From Leptonemataceae bacterium (GTDB taxonomy: Bacteria; Spirochaetota; Leptospiria; Leptospirales; Leptonemataceae): a stretch of DNA of 64,000 nt. A program made the translations under genes and the position numbers. This document shows positions 35,915 through 45,084 of the stretch, one piece after another (within the stretch, counting starts at the first letter, position 1; each line of letters begins with the position of its first letter). The stretch is taken from contig OZ253574.1 in the NCBI GenBank assembly GCA_965262995.1, positions 994,513 through 1,058,512 of the forward strand. Direction: 5' to 3'. The notes under the pieces were generated by a model, which made no database searches, was not told the DNA's origin, and was given only the letters and a program-made list of their open reading frames with translations.

Positions 35915-37045
35915 GTGTATATAGAATCTTTAATCTTAAATAATTTTCGCTCCTATCCCGACACACAAATAAAATTTCATGAAAAACTAACATTTTTCTA
36001 CGGTAAAAATGCTGTAGGTAAAACAAATATCTTAGAAGCAATTTCTATTTTATCGCTTGGGAAATCGTTCAGAAATATTTTAGAAAAAGATATAGTCCAT
36101 CATAATAGTAAGAATTTTTATATTTTAGGAAACTATAAAAAAGGGAATGAAGAACATCAATTAGGATATGGCTTTGAATTTTCAGAAAATAAAATTCAAA
36201 GAAAAATTAAATTAAATGGAAAAGTCTTACAGGGAAGAAAATCGTTAATAGGTGAAATCATAACAGTTATCTTTAGCCCCAATGATATAACAATTTGTGA
36301 TGGAAGTAGCCTCAATAGAAGAAGATTTATAGATACAATCCTTTGTTTTCAAGATGCCGAATATCTGAAATCTTTAATTCATTTTAATCATGCCCTCAAG
36401 CAACGTAATGCTTTACTGAAAAAAAATAAAATGAGTAATATAAAAAATGATTTAAATATAGAAATTTGGAATTTAACATTAGTTAGATATGGAAGCTTTA
36501 TTACAAAATCAAGACTGTCTTTTTTTAATACATTTAAGGAAATTTTTAAAATGACTTTAGGACAAATATCAGAAGAGAAAGATAAATTAGAACTTAAGTA
36601 CTTGCTTAGTTGTAATAATGAAGAAGAAAACTATAATAAACTTTTAGAAGAAAGTTATAAAAAAGATTTGAACGTAGGTTATACTTCCATTGGTCCGCAT
36701 AGGCATGATTTTTATTTTCAAAATAAAGAGAAAAATATAATGAATGAATTGAGTCAGGGACAAAAAAGAAGTTTAGTATTAGCTTTGCGTATCGCCCAAT
36801 ATAATTATTTGAAAAATAGCCTAGGATTGAATCCTATACTTTTAATAGATGATGTGATAGGTGAGCTTGATGATGGCAGGCGAGATGCCTTTGTGAAATT
36901 ATTGACGGATTGTGGGCAGGTTATTGTAACCTCTCCTAATCTTACTGAAATAGAAAAAAAAATATTTTTTCAAAATAATCAGAGTTACGTATACAATATC
37001 ATTGAAGTAGGTAGCCAGCCTATCAGAGTAAAAAATATATTTTAA
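35915..37045 (+). CDS. recF: DNA replication/repair protein RecF
   Basis: GTG start. Walker A 'GKNAVGKTN', signature 'LSQGQKRSL', Walker B 'LLIDDV'. Directly downstream of dnaN. Confidence 0.92.
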   Translation: MYIESLILNNFRSYPDTQIKFHEKLTFFYGKNAVGKTNILEAISILSLGKSFRNILEKDIVHHNSKNFYILGNYKKGNEEHQLGYGFEFSENKIQRKIKLNGKVLQGRKSLIGEIITVIFSPNDITICDGSSLNRRRFIDTILCFQDAEYLKSLIHFNHALKQRNALLKKNKMSNIKNDLNIEIWNLTLVRYGSFITKSRLSFFNTFKEIFKMTLGQISEEKDKLELKYLLSCNNEEENYNKLLEESYKKDLNVGYTSIGPHRHDFYFQNKEKNIMNELSQGQKRSLVLALRIAQYNYLKNSLGLNPILLIDDVIGELDDGRRDAFVKLLTDCGQVIVTSPNLTEIEKKIFFQNNQSYVYNIIEVGSQPIRVKNIF

Positions 37046-37155
37046 ATTTGAATTTTCTATTTTCTTTGAATTGAATTTTTTAAAAAATCTCCCTCGCCAT
37101 ATAAATTATTTTTACGTTTGCTATACAAATAAAAGATTAAATTAAAAGTTGCACT

Positions 37156-37809
37156 ATGTTTAGTTTTATTAAAAAAATAGAAAGTTACATAAAACATTTA
37201 TATGCTATGGTGCTTGCCCTTAGCATGCACCCCCAAGCCCTTCTTTGGTTATGGGTTACTTCTATTGTGGATTCTTTTATTTTTCCCATTCCCCCCCTTG
37301 TTATGTTAATTCCTATGATGCTTGCAAAGCCCAAGAAATCGTTTGTTTACTCTTTTGCCACCACTGCAGGATCAATCATTGGTGGGGTAATAGGTTATTA
37401 TATTGGTTATACTTTTTTTGAATCTCTTGTTGCCCCTGTTTTAAAATTTATTGGTGGAGAAGGAAAATTTCTGTGTCTTAAAAATTATTATGAAATTTAT
37501 GGTTGGTGGGCTGTGCTTATCTGGGGTTTTTTACCTGTACCCTATAAAATCATAACACTAGCAAGTGGATTTTTTAAGATGCCTCTTTCAGAGTTCATTT
37601 TTGCTTCTATCTTGGGTCGAAGTGTACGTTATTTTGGAATAGGAGCTTTATTTTATTTTTTTGGTGAAAAGGCAAAGCATTATATCAATAAACATTTTAC
37701 ATATGTCACTATCGTTCTTGCCCTTCTTTTACTGATTCTTGCATACCTTATGCATAAATTTAATCCTATGAATACTATTTGTTTGGAATTATTGCGTTAT
37801 TTTGTTTAG
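37156..37809 (+). CDS. DedA/YqaA-family (VTT domain) membrane protein
   Basis: 217 aa, multi-TM. 'DSFIFPIPP' and 'LGRSVRYFGIG' resemble the YqaA/DedA family. Confidence 0.6.
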   Translation: MFSFIKKIESYIKHLYAMVLALSMHPQALLWLWVTSIVDSFIFPIPPLVMLIPMMLAKPKKSFVYSFATTAGSIIGGVIGYYIGYTFFESLVAPVLKFIGGEGKFLCLKNYYEIYGWWAVLIWGFLPVPYKIITLASGFFKMPLSEFIFASILGRSVRYFGIGALFYFFGEKAKHYINKHFTYVTIVLALLLLILAYLMHKFNPMNTICLELLRYFV

Positions 37810-37861
37810 CATGTTTTATTGATGTCGGACTTAAAAAATCCAACATCAATAAACTAAAAAT

Positions 37862-37902
37862 ATTCTAAATCAAATATAAATGTATTATATTTGATTTAGA
37901 AT
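37862..37902. repeat. perfect 17-bp-arm palindrome upstream of cysK
   Basis: ATTCTAAATCAAATATA (37862-37878), 7-nt loop, TATATTTGATTTAGAAT (37886-37902). Confidence 0.9.
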
Positions 37903-37953
37903 AAATAAGTTATATAGAATAAAATAAAAAAACTCAAATACTTTTAAGTAAAA

Positions 37954-38943
37954 ATGAAATACTATAATGATAACTCTCTAAGTATAGGCAATACCCCCCT
38001 TGTACGTATAAATCATTTGAATAAAAGTTCTAATTTGATTCTAGCGAAAATAGAAGGTCAAAACCCCGCTTATTCTGTAAAATGTAGAATAGGAGCATCT
38101 ATGATTTGGGATGCAGAAAAAAAAAACTTATTAGGGCCAGGCAAGGAAATTATAGAAGCTACTTCAGGAAACACTGGGATTGCCTTGGCCTTTGTTGCGG
38201 CTGCTAGAGGTTACAAAGTACATCTTACGATGCCTGAAAACATGAGTAAAGAAAGAAAACAATTACTTCAAGGACTTGGAGCTAATATTATTTTAACTCA
38301 TGAAAAAGATTATATGAGTGGGGCGATAAACAAGGCGAAACAAATAGTAAACGAAAACCCAAAAAAATACTTTATGCCTATGCAATTTGAAAACCCCGCA
38401 AATCCTAAAGTTCATGAAACAACGACAGGTCCAGAAGTATGGAAAGACACAGAAGGAAAAATAGATATATTGGTGGCTGGAGTGGGGACTGGAGGCACTA
38501 TCACGGGCATATCAAGATATATTAAAAATAAAAAAAACAAAAAAATTTTTAGTGTTGCCGTAGAGCCTAAACTGTCTCCTGTAATAAAATGGTCCTTAAC
38601 CCATGATTTGAAAAGTAAGGAAAGTAAAACAAATAAAGACCACCCTTTACAAATCAAAAATCATGTGATACAAGGAATAGGGGCAGGTTTTGTTTCCCCT
38701 AATTTAGATTTAACAATAATAGATGACGTTGTAGGGGTAGATGATGAAGAAGCTATTTTTTATACAAGAAAGCTTGCCTCGAAAGAAGGTATTTTAGCCG
38801 GTATTTCTTCTGGTGCGGCAATATGTGCAGCCTTAAAAATTTCTCAACAGAAAACAATAAGAAATAAAGTCATCGTTGTTATTTTTCCTGACATAGGAGA
38901 ACGTTATCTTTCAAGTGGAATTTTTTCTCATTCTATAAAGTAA
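37954..38943 (+). CDS. cysK: cysteine synthase A (O-acetylserine sulfhydrylase)
   Basis: PLP-Lys motif 'NPAYSVKCRIG', plus 'TSGNTGIALA' and 'GVGTGGTITG'. A ~25-aa Lys-rich insertion precedes 'IQGIGAGF'. Confidence 0.9.
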   Translation: MKYYNDNSLSIGNTPLVRINHLNKSSNLILAKIEGQNPAYSVKCRIGASMIWDAEKKNLLGPGKEIIEATSGNTGIALAFVAAARGYKVHLTMPENMSKERKQLLQGLGANIILTHEKDYMSGAINKAKQIVNENPKKYFMPMQFENPANPKVHETTTGPEVWKDTEGKIDILVAGVGTGGTITGISRYIKNKKNKKIFSVAVEPKLSPVIKWSLTHDLKSKESKTNKDHPLQIKNHVIQGIGAGFVSPNLDLTIIDDVVGVDDEEAIFYTRKLASKEGILAGISSGAAICAALKISQQKTIRNKVIVVIFPDIGERYLSSGIFSHSIK

Positions 38944-39005
38944 GAAATAAAGATAAAATTTTTATTTTAAGAAATCAATGATTCTGTTAAAAATTTAAGT
39001 AAGCT

Positions 39006-39902
39006 ATGTATTTTATAAATAAAAAGTTTACTAGTGAATATTTTAATGCGTTCAAAGAAAAAAATAAAGATAAGTTTGGATTATTGCCAGAAGAGTTAAA
39101 GCAAGAATTTATTCAGGCAGTAGATAAAAATAAACAAAATTATACCCACTTGTCTGATTTTTTTATTTGGTACTTGAAAGAATTTATTCAAATGGTGTAT
39201 ATGCTTGAGTTTAGAATTGAAGAAAACCAAGAAGAAATCTTTCATTTTGGAATTAATGTCTTATCAGAAACTAAAATAAAATTAGAGCTTGATCCCATTC
39301 AAAAATTTTATCTTAAAAACTTAGATTATATATCTCAAGAATTTCAAAATACAAATGAAAACTCTGTAAAACTTGTGAAAGTAGAAGCACTGGTTCCACT
39401 AGATATGGGAGAAGAAATACGTGATTTTTGGATTTATGAATTAATACCTTTTATTCAAAAATTTTTACAATTTAATAATACAGCACCTAGTCCATTGAAT
39501 GAAAAAGTTTTTTTTTGGGCAAAAACAATAGATGAAGAAATAAAATTTGTTGTGAATCAAATAATAAAAAAAGGGAAGACTGCTAAAATCATAAATATAC
39601 AATTTAAAAAACTAAATAATCTTTTGAACGCATATGGATTTCATAAGAGTCAGAATTTTTTTATAGATTTTTTTAGAAAGATAGAAGAACAACTTTTACC
39701 TGTTGAGCTTTTGTTGCCAATCAATCATTTTAATTATTTGATTGTGGTGGCAGAGGAAAATTTTAGAGATAAACTTTATGAAGTAGAGAAAACTTTAAAG
39801 AAATTAAATATAAGTCACGGCATAGATTTTGAAATAAATCAAATTAATATTTATACGTTGTTAAATGATATAAGCGATATACAAGAAAAATTAAAGCTAT
39901 GA
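39006..39902 (+). CDS. hypothetical protein
   Basis: 298-aa ORF with no recognisable motif. Confidence 0.4.
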   Translation: MYFINKKFTSEYFNAFKEKNKDKFGLLPEELKQEFIQAVDKNKQNYTHLSDFFIWYLKEFIQMVYMLEFRIEENQEEIFHFGINVLSETKIKLELDPIQKFYLKNLDYISQEFQNTNENSVKLVKVEALVPLDMGEEIRDFWIYELIPFIQKFLQFNNTAPSPLNEKVFFWAKTIDEEIKFVVNQIIKKGKTAKIINIQFKKLNNLLNAYGFHKSQNFFIDFFRKIEEQLLPVELLLPINHFNYLIVVAEENFRDKLYEVEKTLKKLNISHGIDFEINQINIYTLLNDISDIQEKLKL

Positions 39903-39922
39903 AAGTGTTGGAGTATTAGAGT

Positions 39923-41350
39923 ATGAAAAATGAGTTTAGACTTTGGGTTGGCCGAAGCCAAGGAGAACTTTCTGATGTAGCTGTGAGAATGGGGGAATCA
40001 ATTTCTTTGGATAAAAAATTATACAAAGAGGACATACGAGCTTCTTTAGCCCATGCAAGAATGCTTTCAAAAATTAATATTTTAAGTAAAGAAGAGCTAG
40101 AACTTTTAGAGCTCAATTTTAAGAAAATCGTTTTAGAAATAGAATCAGGTTCCTTCCTTTTTGATCTAAAATTAGAAGACATACATACTCATGTTGAAAA
40201 AAGACTGATTGAACTTTGTGGCGAAGTAGGAAAAAAATTACATACAGCTCGTTCAAGAAATGATCAAATAGCTGTTGATACTCATATTTTTGTTTTAAAT
40301 CATTCTCGCATTTTAGCCCTTCAAGTTCTTGATTTATGTAAAATCTTGCTAAATCGAGCTATTGAAGAGATAGAAACCCTTCTCCCCGGTTATACGCATT
40401 TACAAATTGCTCAACCTATTCGCTTAAGCCATCATCTTCTTTCCTATTTTTGGCCTCTTTTGCGAGATGTTGAACGTTTGGCTAAAGTTTGTGATCAAGC
40501 ATCTACTCTGCCACTAGGAAGTGGAGCTATGGCGGGGGTAAACTATGAAACAGATAGAGAGTTTATAAAAAATGATCTTGGTTTTAAAAAAATATATGCA
40601 AACTCAATGGATGCTGTTGCGAGTCGTGATCATATTTTAGACTTCTTGTATGCAACTTCTATTTGCATGACTCATTGTTCAAGAATGGCTGAAGAAATAA
40701 TTCTATGGAATACTCAAGAATTTTCTTTTATTACTTTGCCTGATGAACTTACAACAGGTTCAAGTATAATGCCTCAAAAGAAAAATCCTGATCTTGCAGA
40801 ACTGATAAGGGGTAAAACAGGGCGAGTCCAAGCAAACTTACATAATTTACTTACAAATCTGAAAGCCCTTCCCATGACTTACAATAGAGATTTACAAGAA
40901 GATCGTTTTCCTATGTTGGATAGCTTTGAACAACTTTCTCTTTCCCTTTCCGCATTGCAGTTAATGATGACAAGTGTGAAATACAACAAAGAAAGAATGA
41001 GAGCTTCGTTAGAAAGAGGCTTTGCTACGGCCACGGACCTAGCAGATGCCTTGGTTTCTCAAAAAAACATACCTTTTAGGGAATCGCATCATCTCGTTGG
41101 AAAATTAGTGGCAATGGCGGTAGCTAAAAATAAATCATTAGCGGAAATGGATAAAACTGAAAGAAAAAAGATAGATTCTCAATTTGAAGATGATACTTTT
41201 TATTTTGAAGCTATAGATTTAGAAAAAAGTGTAGAAAAAAAGAAGAGTTACGGTTCTACTTCAAAACACTTTCAAATGTTACAAATTAGCGAAGCAAAAG
41301 AATCTCTAGCGGCGTGGTCTAAGTATGTTTGGCCAAAAATAGAAATATAA
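39923..41350 (+). CDS. argH: argininosuccinate lyase
   Basis: 475 aa with the fumarate-lyase signature 'GSSIMPQKKNPD' and 'TARSRNDQ'. Confidence 0.93.
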   Translation: MKNEFRLWVGRSQGELSDVAVRMGESISLDKKLYKEDIRASLAHARMLSKINILSKEELELLELNFKKIVLEIESGSFLFDLKLEDIHTHVEKRLIELCGEVGKKLHTARSRNDQIAVDTHIFVLNHSRILALQVLDLCKILLNRAIEEIETLLPGYTHLQIAQPIRLSHHLLSYFWPLLRDVERLAKVCDQASTLPLGSGAMAGVNYETDREFIKNDLGFKKIYANSMDAVASRDHILDFLYATSICMTHCSRMAEEIILWNTQEFSFITLPDELTTGSSIMPQKKNPDLAELIRGKTGRVQANLHNLLTNLKALPMTYNRDLQEDRFPMLDSFEQLSLSLSALQLMMTSVKYNKERMRASLERGFATATDLADALVSQKNIPFRESHHLVGKLVAMAVAKNKSLAEMDKTERKKIDSQFEDDTFYFEAIDLEKSVEKKKSYGSTSKHFQMLQISEAKESLAAWSKYVWPKIEI

Positions 41351-41484
41351 TATTAAATTTATTACAATTTTATTCGCTTATTATTAGACTTATAAATTTA
41401 TAATAAACGCCTACTTGGTATTTCTTATTTTTTGGTACCCGTATTTATTCTTGTACAAAATGTTGTGCATTAAAGATAGCACTT

Positions 41485-42837
41485 ATGAAAAAAAACGAAA
41501 ATAGAATAAGAGCTAAAAAAAAAATAGTTACTCCCTTATCTGTCCCCACCACTCACGCTATTGTAAACGCTGATAGTCGAGAAATGAAAGCTGTAGCCGA
41601 TAAGAGTGTGCATTTAGTTATTACCTCTCCCCCTTATTGGCAGCTTAAAGATTATGGTACAGAAAATCAAATAGGCTTTCACGATGATTATGAGTCCTAT
41701 ATCAATCACCTGAATCTTACATGGTCAGAGTGTTACAGAGTCTTGCATGATGGATGTCGTTTGTGTGTAAATATAGGAGATCAATTCGCAAGGGCAACAT
41801 ATTATGGACGATATAAAGTGATACCCATCCATTCTGAAATTATAAAATTTTGTGAAACCATAGGCTTTGATTTTATGGGGAAAATAATTTGGCAGAAAGT
41901 AACCACAATGAATTCTTCAGGTGGGGCGAGTATAATGGGTAGTTTTCCTTATCCAAGAAATGGAATAGTAAAATTAGATTTTGAGTATATTTTACTTTTT
42001 AAGAAACAAGGAAAGTCTCCAAAACCTACAAATGATCAAAAAAGTTATTCTAAAATGACAACAGAAGAATGGAATACGTACTTTAATGGACATTGGAATT
42101 TTTCAGGTGCACGGCAGGATAAGCATCTTGCTATGTTTCCTGAGGAGTTGCCCTTGCGTTTGATTAAAATGTTTTCTTTTGTGGGAGAGGTGGTATTGGA
42201 TCCTTTTATGGGTAGTGGCACAACAGCTAGCGTCTCTAAAAAACTAAATAGAAACTCTATTGGCTATGAAATCAATCCCGAATTTATCCCCATTATTAAA
42301 GATAAGATAGAAAAGATAGAGGGGGTGGGTGAGGTTACAATACTAGAGCAAAAATCTGCAGAAAAGAAACGTATTACAGAAGAGACTTTTGAGAACTCCT
42401 TATCCAAACTACCATACAAATTTATAGATTTTCACAAGCTAGATAAGAAAATAGATGTAAAGAAAAAACAATACGGCTCAAGATTAGACGCAAATAGTAA
42501 CCGAAAGAGAGAAGAGTTTTTTACAGTAAAAGAAATACTAAGTCCATACCTAATCAAACTTAATAATGATGTGACAATTCGTTTGCTCGGTATAAAAGAA
42601 AATCCTCTAGTAAACGGAAAAGCTAATGAATATTTAGAAAAAAAAATAAAAGGGAAAAAGGTATTTCTAAAATATGAAAACGCCTTGGCTTCATTGCAAG
42701 CTAACCCAATGGTGTACTTGTATTTAGAAAATAAAACATTTATCAATGCACATTTATTAAAAAATAAATTAGCTTTGGTTGATAATTCTATAGAGTATAA
42801 ACATAAGAATAAATTTAACAAATTGGTAAATATTTGA
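41485..42837 (+). CDS. DNA methyltransferase (beta-class N6-adenine/N4-cytosine) fused to a C-terminal SNase/OB-like domain
   Basis: Motif IV 'ITSPPYW' precedes motif I 'LDPFMGSGTT'. C-terminal 'VTIRLLGIKENP...KKVFLKYE...YLYLENKTFINAHLLKNKLA' resembles a thermonuclease fold but lacks its catalytic residues. Confidence 0.75.
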   Translation: MKKNENRIRAKKKIVTPLSVPTTHAIVNADSREMKAVADKSVHLVITSPPYWQLKDYGTENQIGFHDDYESYINHLNLTWSECYRVLHDGCRLCVNIGDQFARATYYGRYKVIPIHSEIIKFCETIGFDFMGKIIWQKVTTMNSSGGASIMGSFPYPRNGIVKLDFEYILLFKKQGKSPKPTNDQKSYSKMTTEEWNTYFNGHWNFSGARQDKHLAMFPEELPLRLIKMFSFVGEVVLDPFMGSGTTASVSKKLNRNSIGYEINPEFIPIIKDKIEKIEGVGEVTILEQKSAEKKRITEETFENSLSKLPYKFIDFHKLDKKIDVKKKQYGSRLDANSNRKREEFFTVKEILSPYLIKLNNDVTIRLLGIKENPLVNGKANEYLEKKIKGKKVFLKYENALASLQANPMVYLYLENKTFINAHLLKNKLALVDNSIEYKHKNKFNKLVNI

Positions 42838-42929
42838 AACATAAACTTAATTCTCATAAACTTCCTATAGCGTTTTTTATTTTTTAGCCTCTCAAAAAAT
42901 TCAGCGACAAAAGCAGGCTTATTAAATCA

Positions 42930-43787
42930 TTGAGAATGATGCCATCAGTAATGAATTCAAAATCTAATCGCAGCAATGTAATAAAAATTATTTTACCAAG
43001 TTTAGTACTATCCATACTTTTTTTAATTCTACTTTATTCTTTAAAACTAAAACTAGAAAAAATTATAAATATAAACTTACAGAATATAAATCTTTTAGAA
43101 AAAGAATATATTACTAAGCTCCCTATCTATTCAGATTATATCACCCCACAAATAGAACAAGAATTAAGAAAATATCTTTTACCATACCATCTTCAAGTTG
43201 CTAAAAATGAATCTAATTTTTTTATTTCAAACCCTCAAGAATTGCAAATCAAAATCAAAGAAAAAGAATTAGAAGATATCAATACAGAAGAGGTGTCTTC
43301 TTATTTATTTTTTTACAATGTTCCCCAACACCATCGCTATCTTACCCCAAAATCAAAACAAGGTCTTATACAACTTGGTAATCATTTTCAAAATCTCTTA
43401 AAAGAAAAAGGGGTATACCCTAAAGTGAAATTTGCCCTTTCTTCGGCAGTTCGTCCTTCAGATTATCAAAATAATTTAATAAAAAAGAATAACAATGCTT
43501 CCATTGTTTCCACCCATAGCTATGGAAGAAGTTTTGATATTTTTTATGATGAATATTTTGTGTCTCTCAATGAAGAGGTAGATATTTCAAAAAAGAGTTT
43601 GCTATATAATTTTTTTACCTTACTTGATACAAAGCTAAAAAGAAAAATAGGTTTTTTACTAGGACAATCTTTAAGGCGACAATTTCAAAGTATATTAACT
43701 GAAACTGTTTTGCAACTTCAAGAAGAGGGGTTGATATATGTAATTTTAGAAAAAACCCAGAGATGCTATCACGTTACAATAAGGTAG
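42930..43787 (+). CDS. membrane-anchored LAS/M15 (VanY-like) peptidase-family protein
   Basis: N-terminal TM segment and 'VSTHSYGRSFDIF', matching the SxHxxGxAxD Zn-ligand motif of the D-Ala-D-Ala carboxypeptidase family. Non-ATG start in the track. Confidence 0.5.
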   Translation: MRMMPSVMNSKSNRSNVIKIILPSLVLSILFLILLYSLKLKLEKIININLQNINLLEKEYITKLPIYSDYITPQIEQELRKYLLPYHLQVAKNESNFFISNPQELQIKIKEKELEDINTEEVSSYLFFYNVPQHHRYLTPKSKQGLIQLGNHFQNLLKEKGVYPKVKFALSSAVRPSDYQNNLIKKNNNASIVSTHSYGRSFDIFYDEYFVSLNEEVDISKKSLLYNFFTLLDTKLKRKIGFLLGQSLRRQFQSILTETVLQLQEEGLIYVILEKTQRCYHVTIR

Positions 43788-43894
43788 CTGAATGAAACTT
43801 TAATTTTAATAAACAAACTAAGCCAATATTTTTATATAAATAATGCTAAATTAGTTTTAATAAAGACATCATAGTCTTTATTAAAAAGAGGCAG

Positions 43895-43945
43895 ATAAAA
43901 AACAAATCTGTCTTAATTTAATAATATTACTATTAAATTAAGACA
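43895..43945 (-). terminator. rho-independent terminator of the histone-fold gene
   Basis: Perfect 15-bp stem: TGTCTTAATTTAATA (43909-43923) pairs with TATTAAATTAAGACA (43931-43945). On the minus strand it is followed by GATTTGTTTTTT. Confidence 0.6.
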
Positions 43946-43976
43946 GGAAATAAACGTAAAAAATAGATTAATAACT

Positions 43977-44162
43977 CTAAAAATCGTGTGGGCGAACAGT
44001 GCTTCTTTTGTTTTCTTTTGTTCTTTCTATGGCACGATCAATTAGTTCATAAATTTTTTCATTTAATGCGTCCATTGCGTCGCCCGAAGATTGAAATCCT
44101 TTTTCTCTGATGTAACCCTTTGTTTTACTAGTTACTATCAATGTTTCTTTTTCATTGGCCAT
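43977..44162 (-). CDS. bacterial histone-fold protein (DUF1931 / HBb-like)
   Basis: 61 aa; 'LIVTSKTKGYIREKG...SGDAMDALNEKIYELIDRAIERTKENKRSTVRPHDF' has the single histone-fold layout of Bdellovibrio/Leptospira-type bacterial histones. It has its own terminator. Confidence 0.7.
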   Translation of the reverse strand: MANEKETLIVTSKTKGYIREKGFQSSGDAMDALNEKIYELIDRAIERTKENKRSTVRPHDF

Positions 44163-44266
44163 TGTTTTACCTCTAATTTTATTAGTCTCAATAGTTTCTC
44201 AAAAAAATTAATGAGACAAGACTTGTGCCAAAATGAATTTAAGAAGATGACCTGCAAGTTATTTTT

Positions 44267-45079
44267 ATGTATTTAAACTTTAATTATCCTGAAATATTGG
44301 GAATACTAAATATTACCGAAGACTCTTTTTCAGATGGGGGTAACTATTTACAGTTTGAAAAGGCACTTGCTCATTCTTTGAACCTAATAAAGGGCGGGGC
44401 AGATATAATAGATATAGGCGCTGCCGCTAGTCATCCTCATGCTAAAAAAATTTCGTTTGAAAAAGAAATAGAAAGACTTGATATGCTTTATGATGAATTA
44501 AAAAAAAGAAAAATAAAAATTTCTATAGATTCTTTTCAACCTAATGTTCAAAAATATTTTATATCTAAAAAAGTTGAATATTTGAATGATACAAGTGGTT
44601 TTTCAGAGGAAATGTATAGTATACTTGAGGATGCAGAATGTAAATTAATTGTGATGTATTCTTTGCAAAAAGATGGTTTATCGTATCAAGAATATTCTGA
44701 GCCTAAAAAAGTTTATAATGAGCTATTAAAGTTTTTTGAAAAAAAAATAAATAGCTTATACAAGAGTAATATTTCTAAAGATAGAATTATATTAGATACA
44801 GGAATGGGTTTTTTTTTAGGGAAAAACGTATCGAGCTCTATTTATATTTTACAAAAATTAAATGAAATCAAATATCATTTTAAAGAATTTCCTATGCTTA
44901 TATCTGTTTCAAGAAAGTCGTTTTTAGGAGAACTTACAGCTACCTCTGTTCATGAAAGAGAAGCAAGTTCATTGAGTGCTGAATTATTTGCATGTTTACA
45001 AGGGATAAATTTTATTAGAACACACAGTCCTAAAAATTTAAAAAATGCACTAGAGGTATGGAAGTCTTTATTTTTATAA
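44267..45079 (+). CDS. folP: dihydropteroate synthase
   Basis: 'GILNITEDSFSDGG', 'IIDIGAAAS' and 'LDTGMGFF' pterin-binding domain motifs. Confidence 0.88.
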   Translation: MYLNFNYPEILGILNITEDSFSDGGNYLQFEKALAHSLNLIKGGADIIDIGAAASHPHAKKISFEKEIERLDMLYDELKKRKIKISIDSFQPNVQKYFISKKVEYLNDTSGFSEEMYSILEDAECKLIVMYSLQKDGLSYQEYSEPKKVYNELLKFFEKKINSLYKSNISKDRIILDTGMGFFLGKNVSSSIYILQKLNEIKYHFKEFPMLISVSRKSFLGELTATSVHEREASSLSAELFACLQGINFIRTHSPKNLKNALEVWKSLFL

Positions 45080-45084
45080 AAAAC

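Noticed and set aside
43857-43884. Perfect 11-bp hairpin TTAATAAAGAC/GTCTTTATTAA downstream of the M15-like gene, considered as a terminator
   Set aside because: No U-tract follows on either strand. It may still act as a terminator, but I cannot distinguish that from chance AT-rich symmetry. The adjacent 15-bp hairpin with a T-tract is the better-supported terminator.
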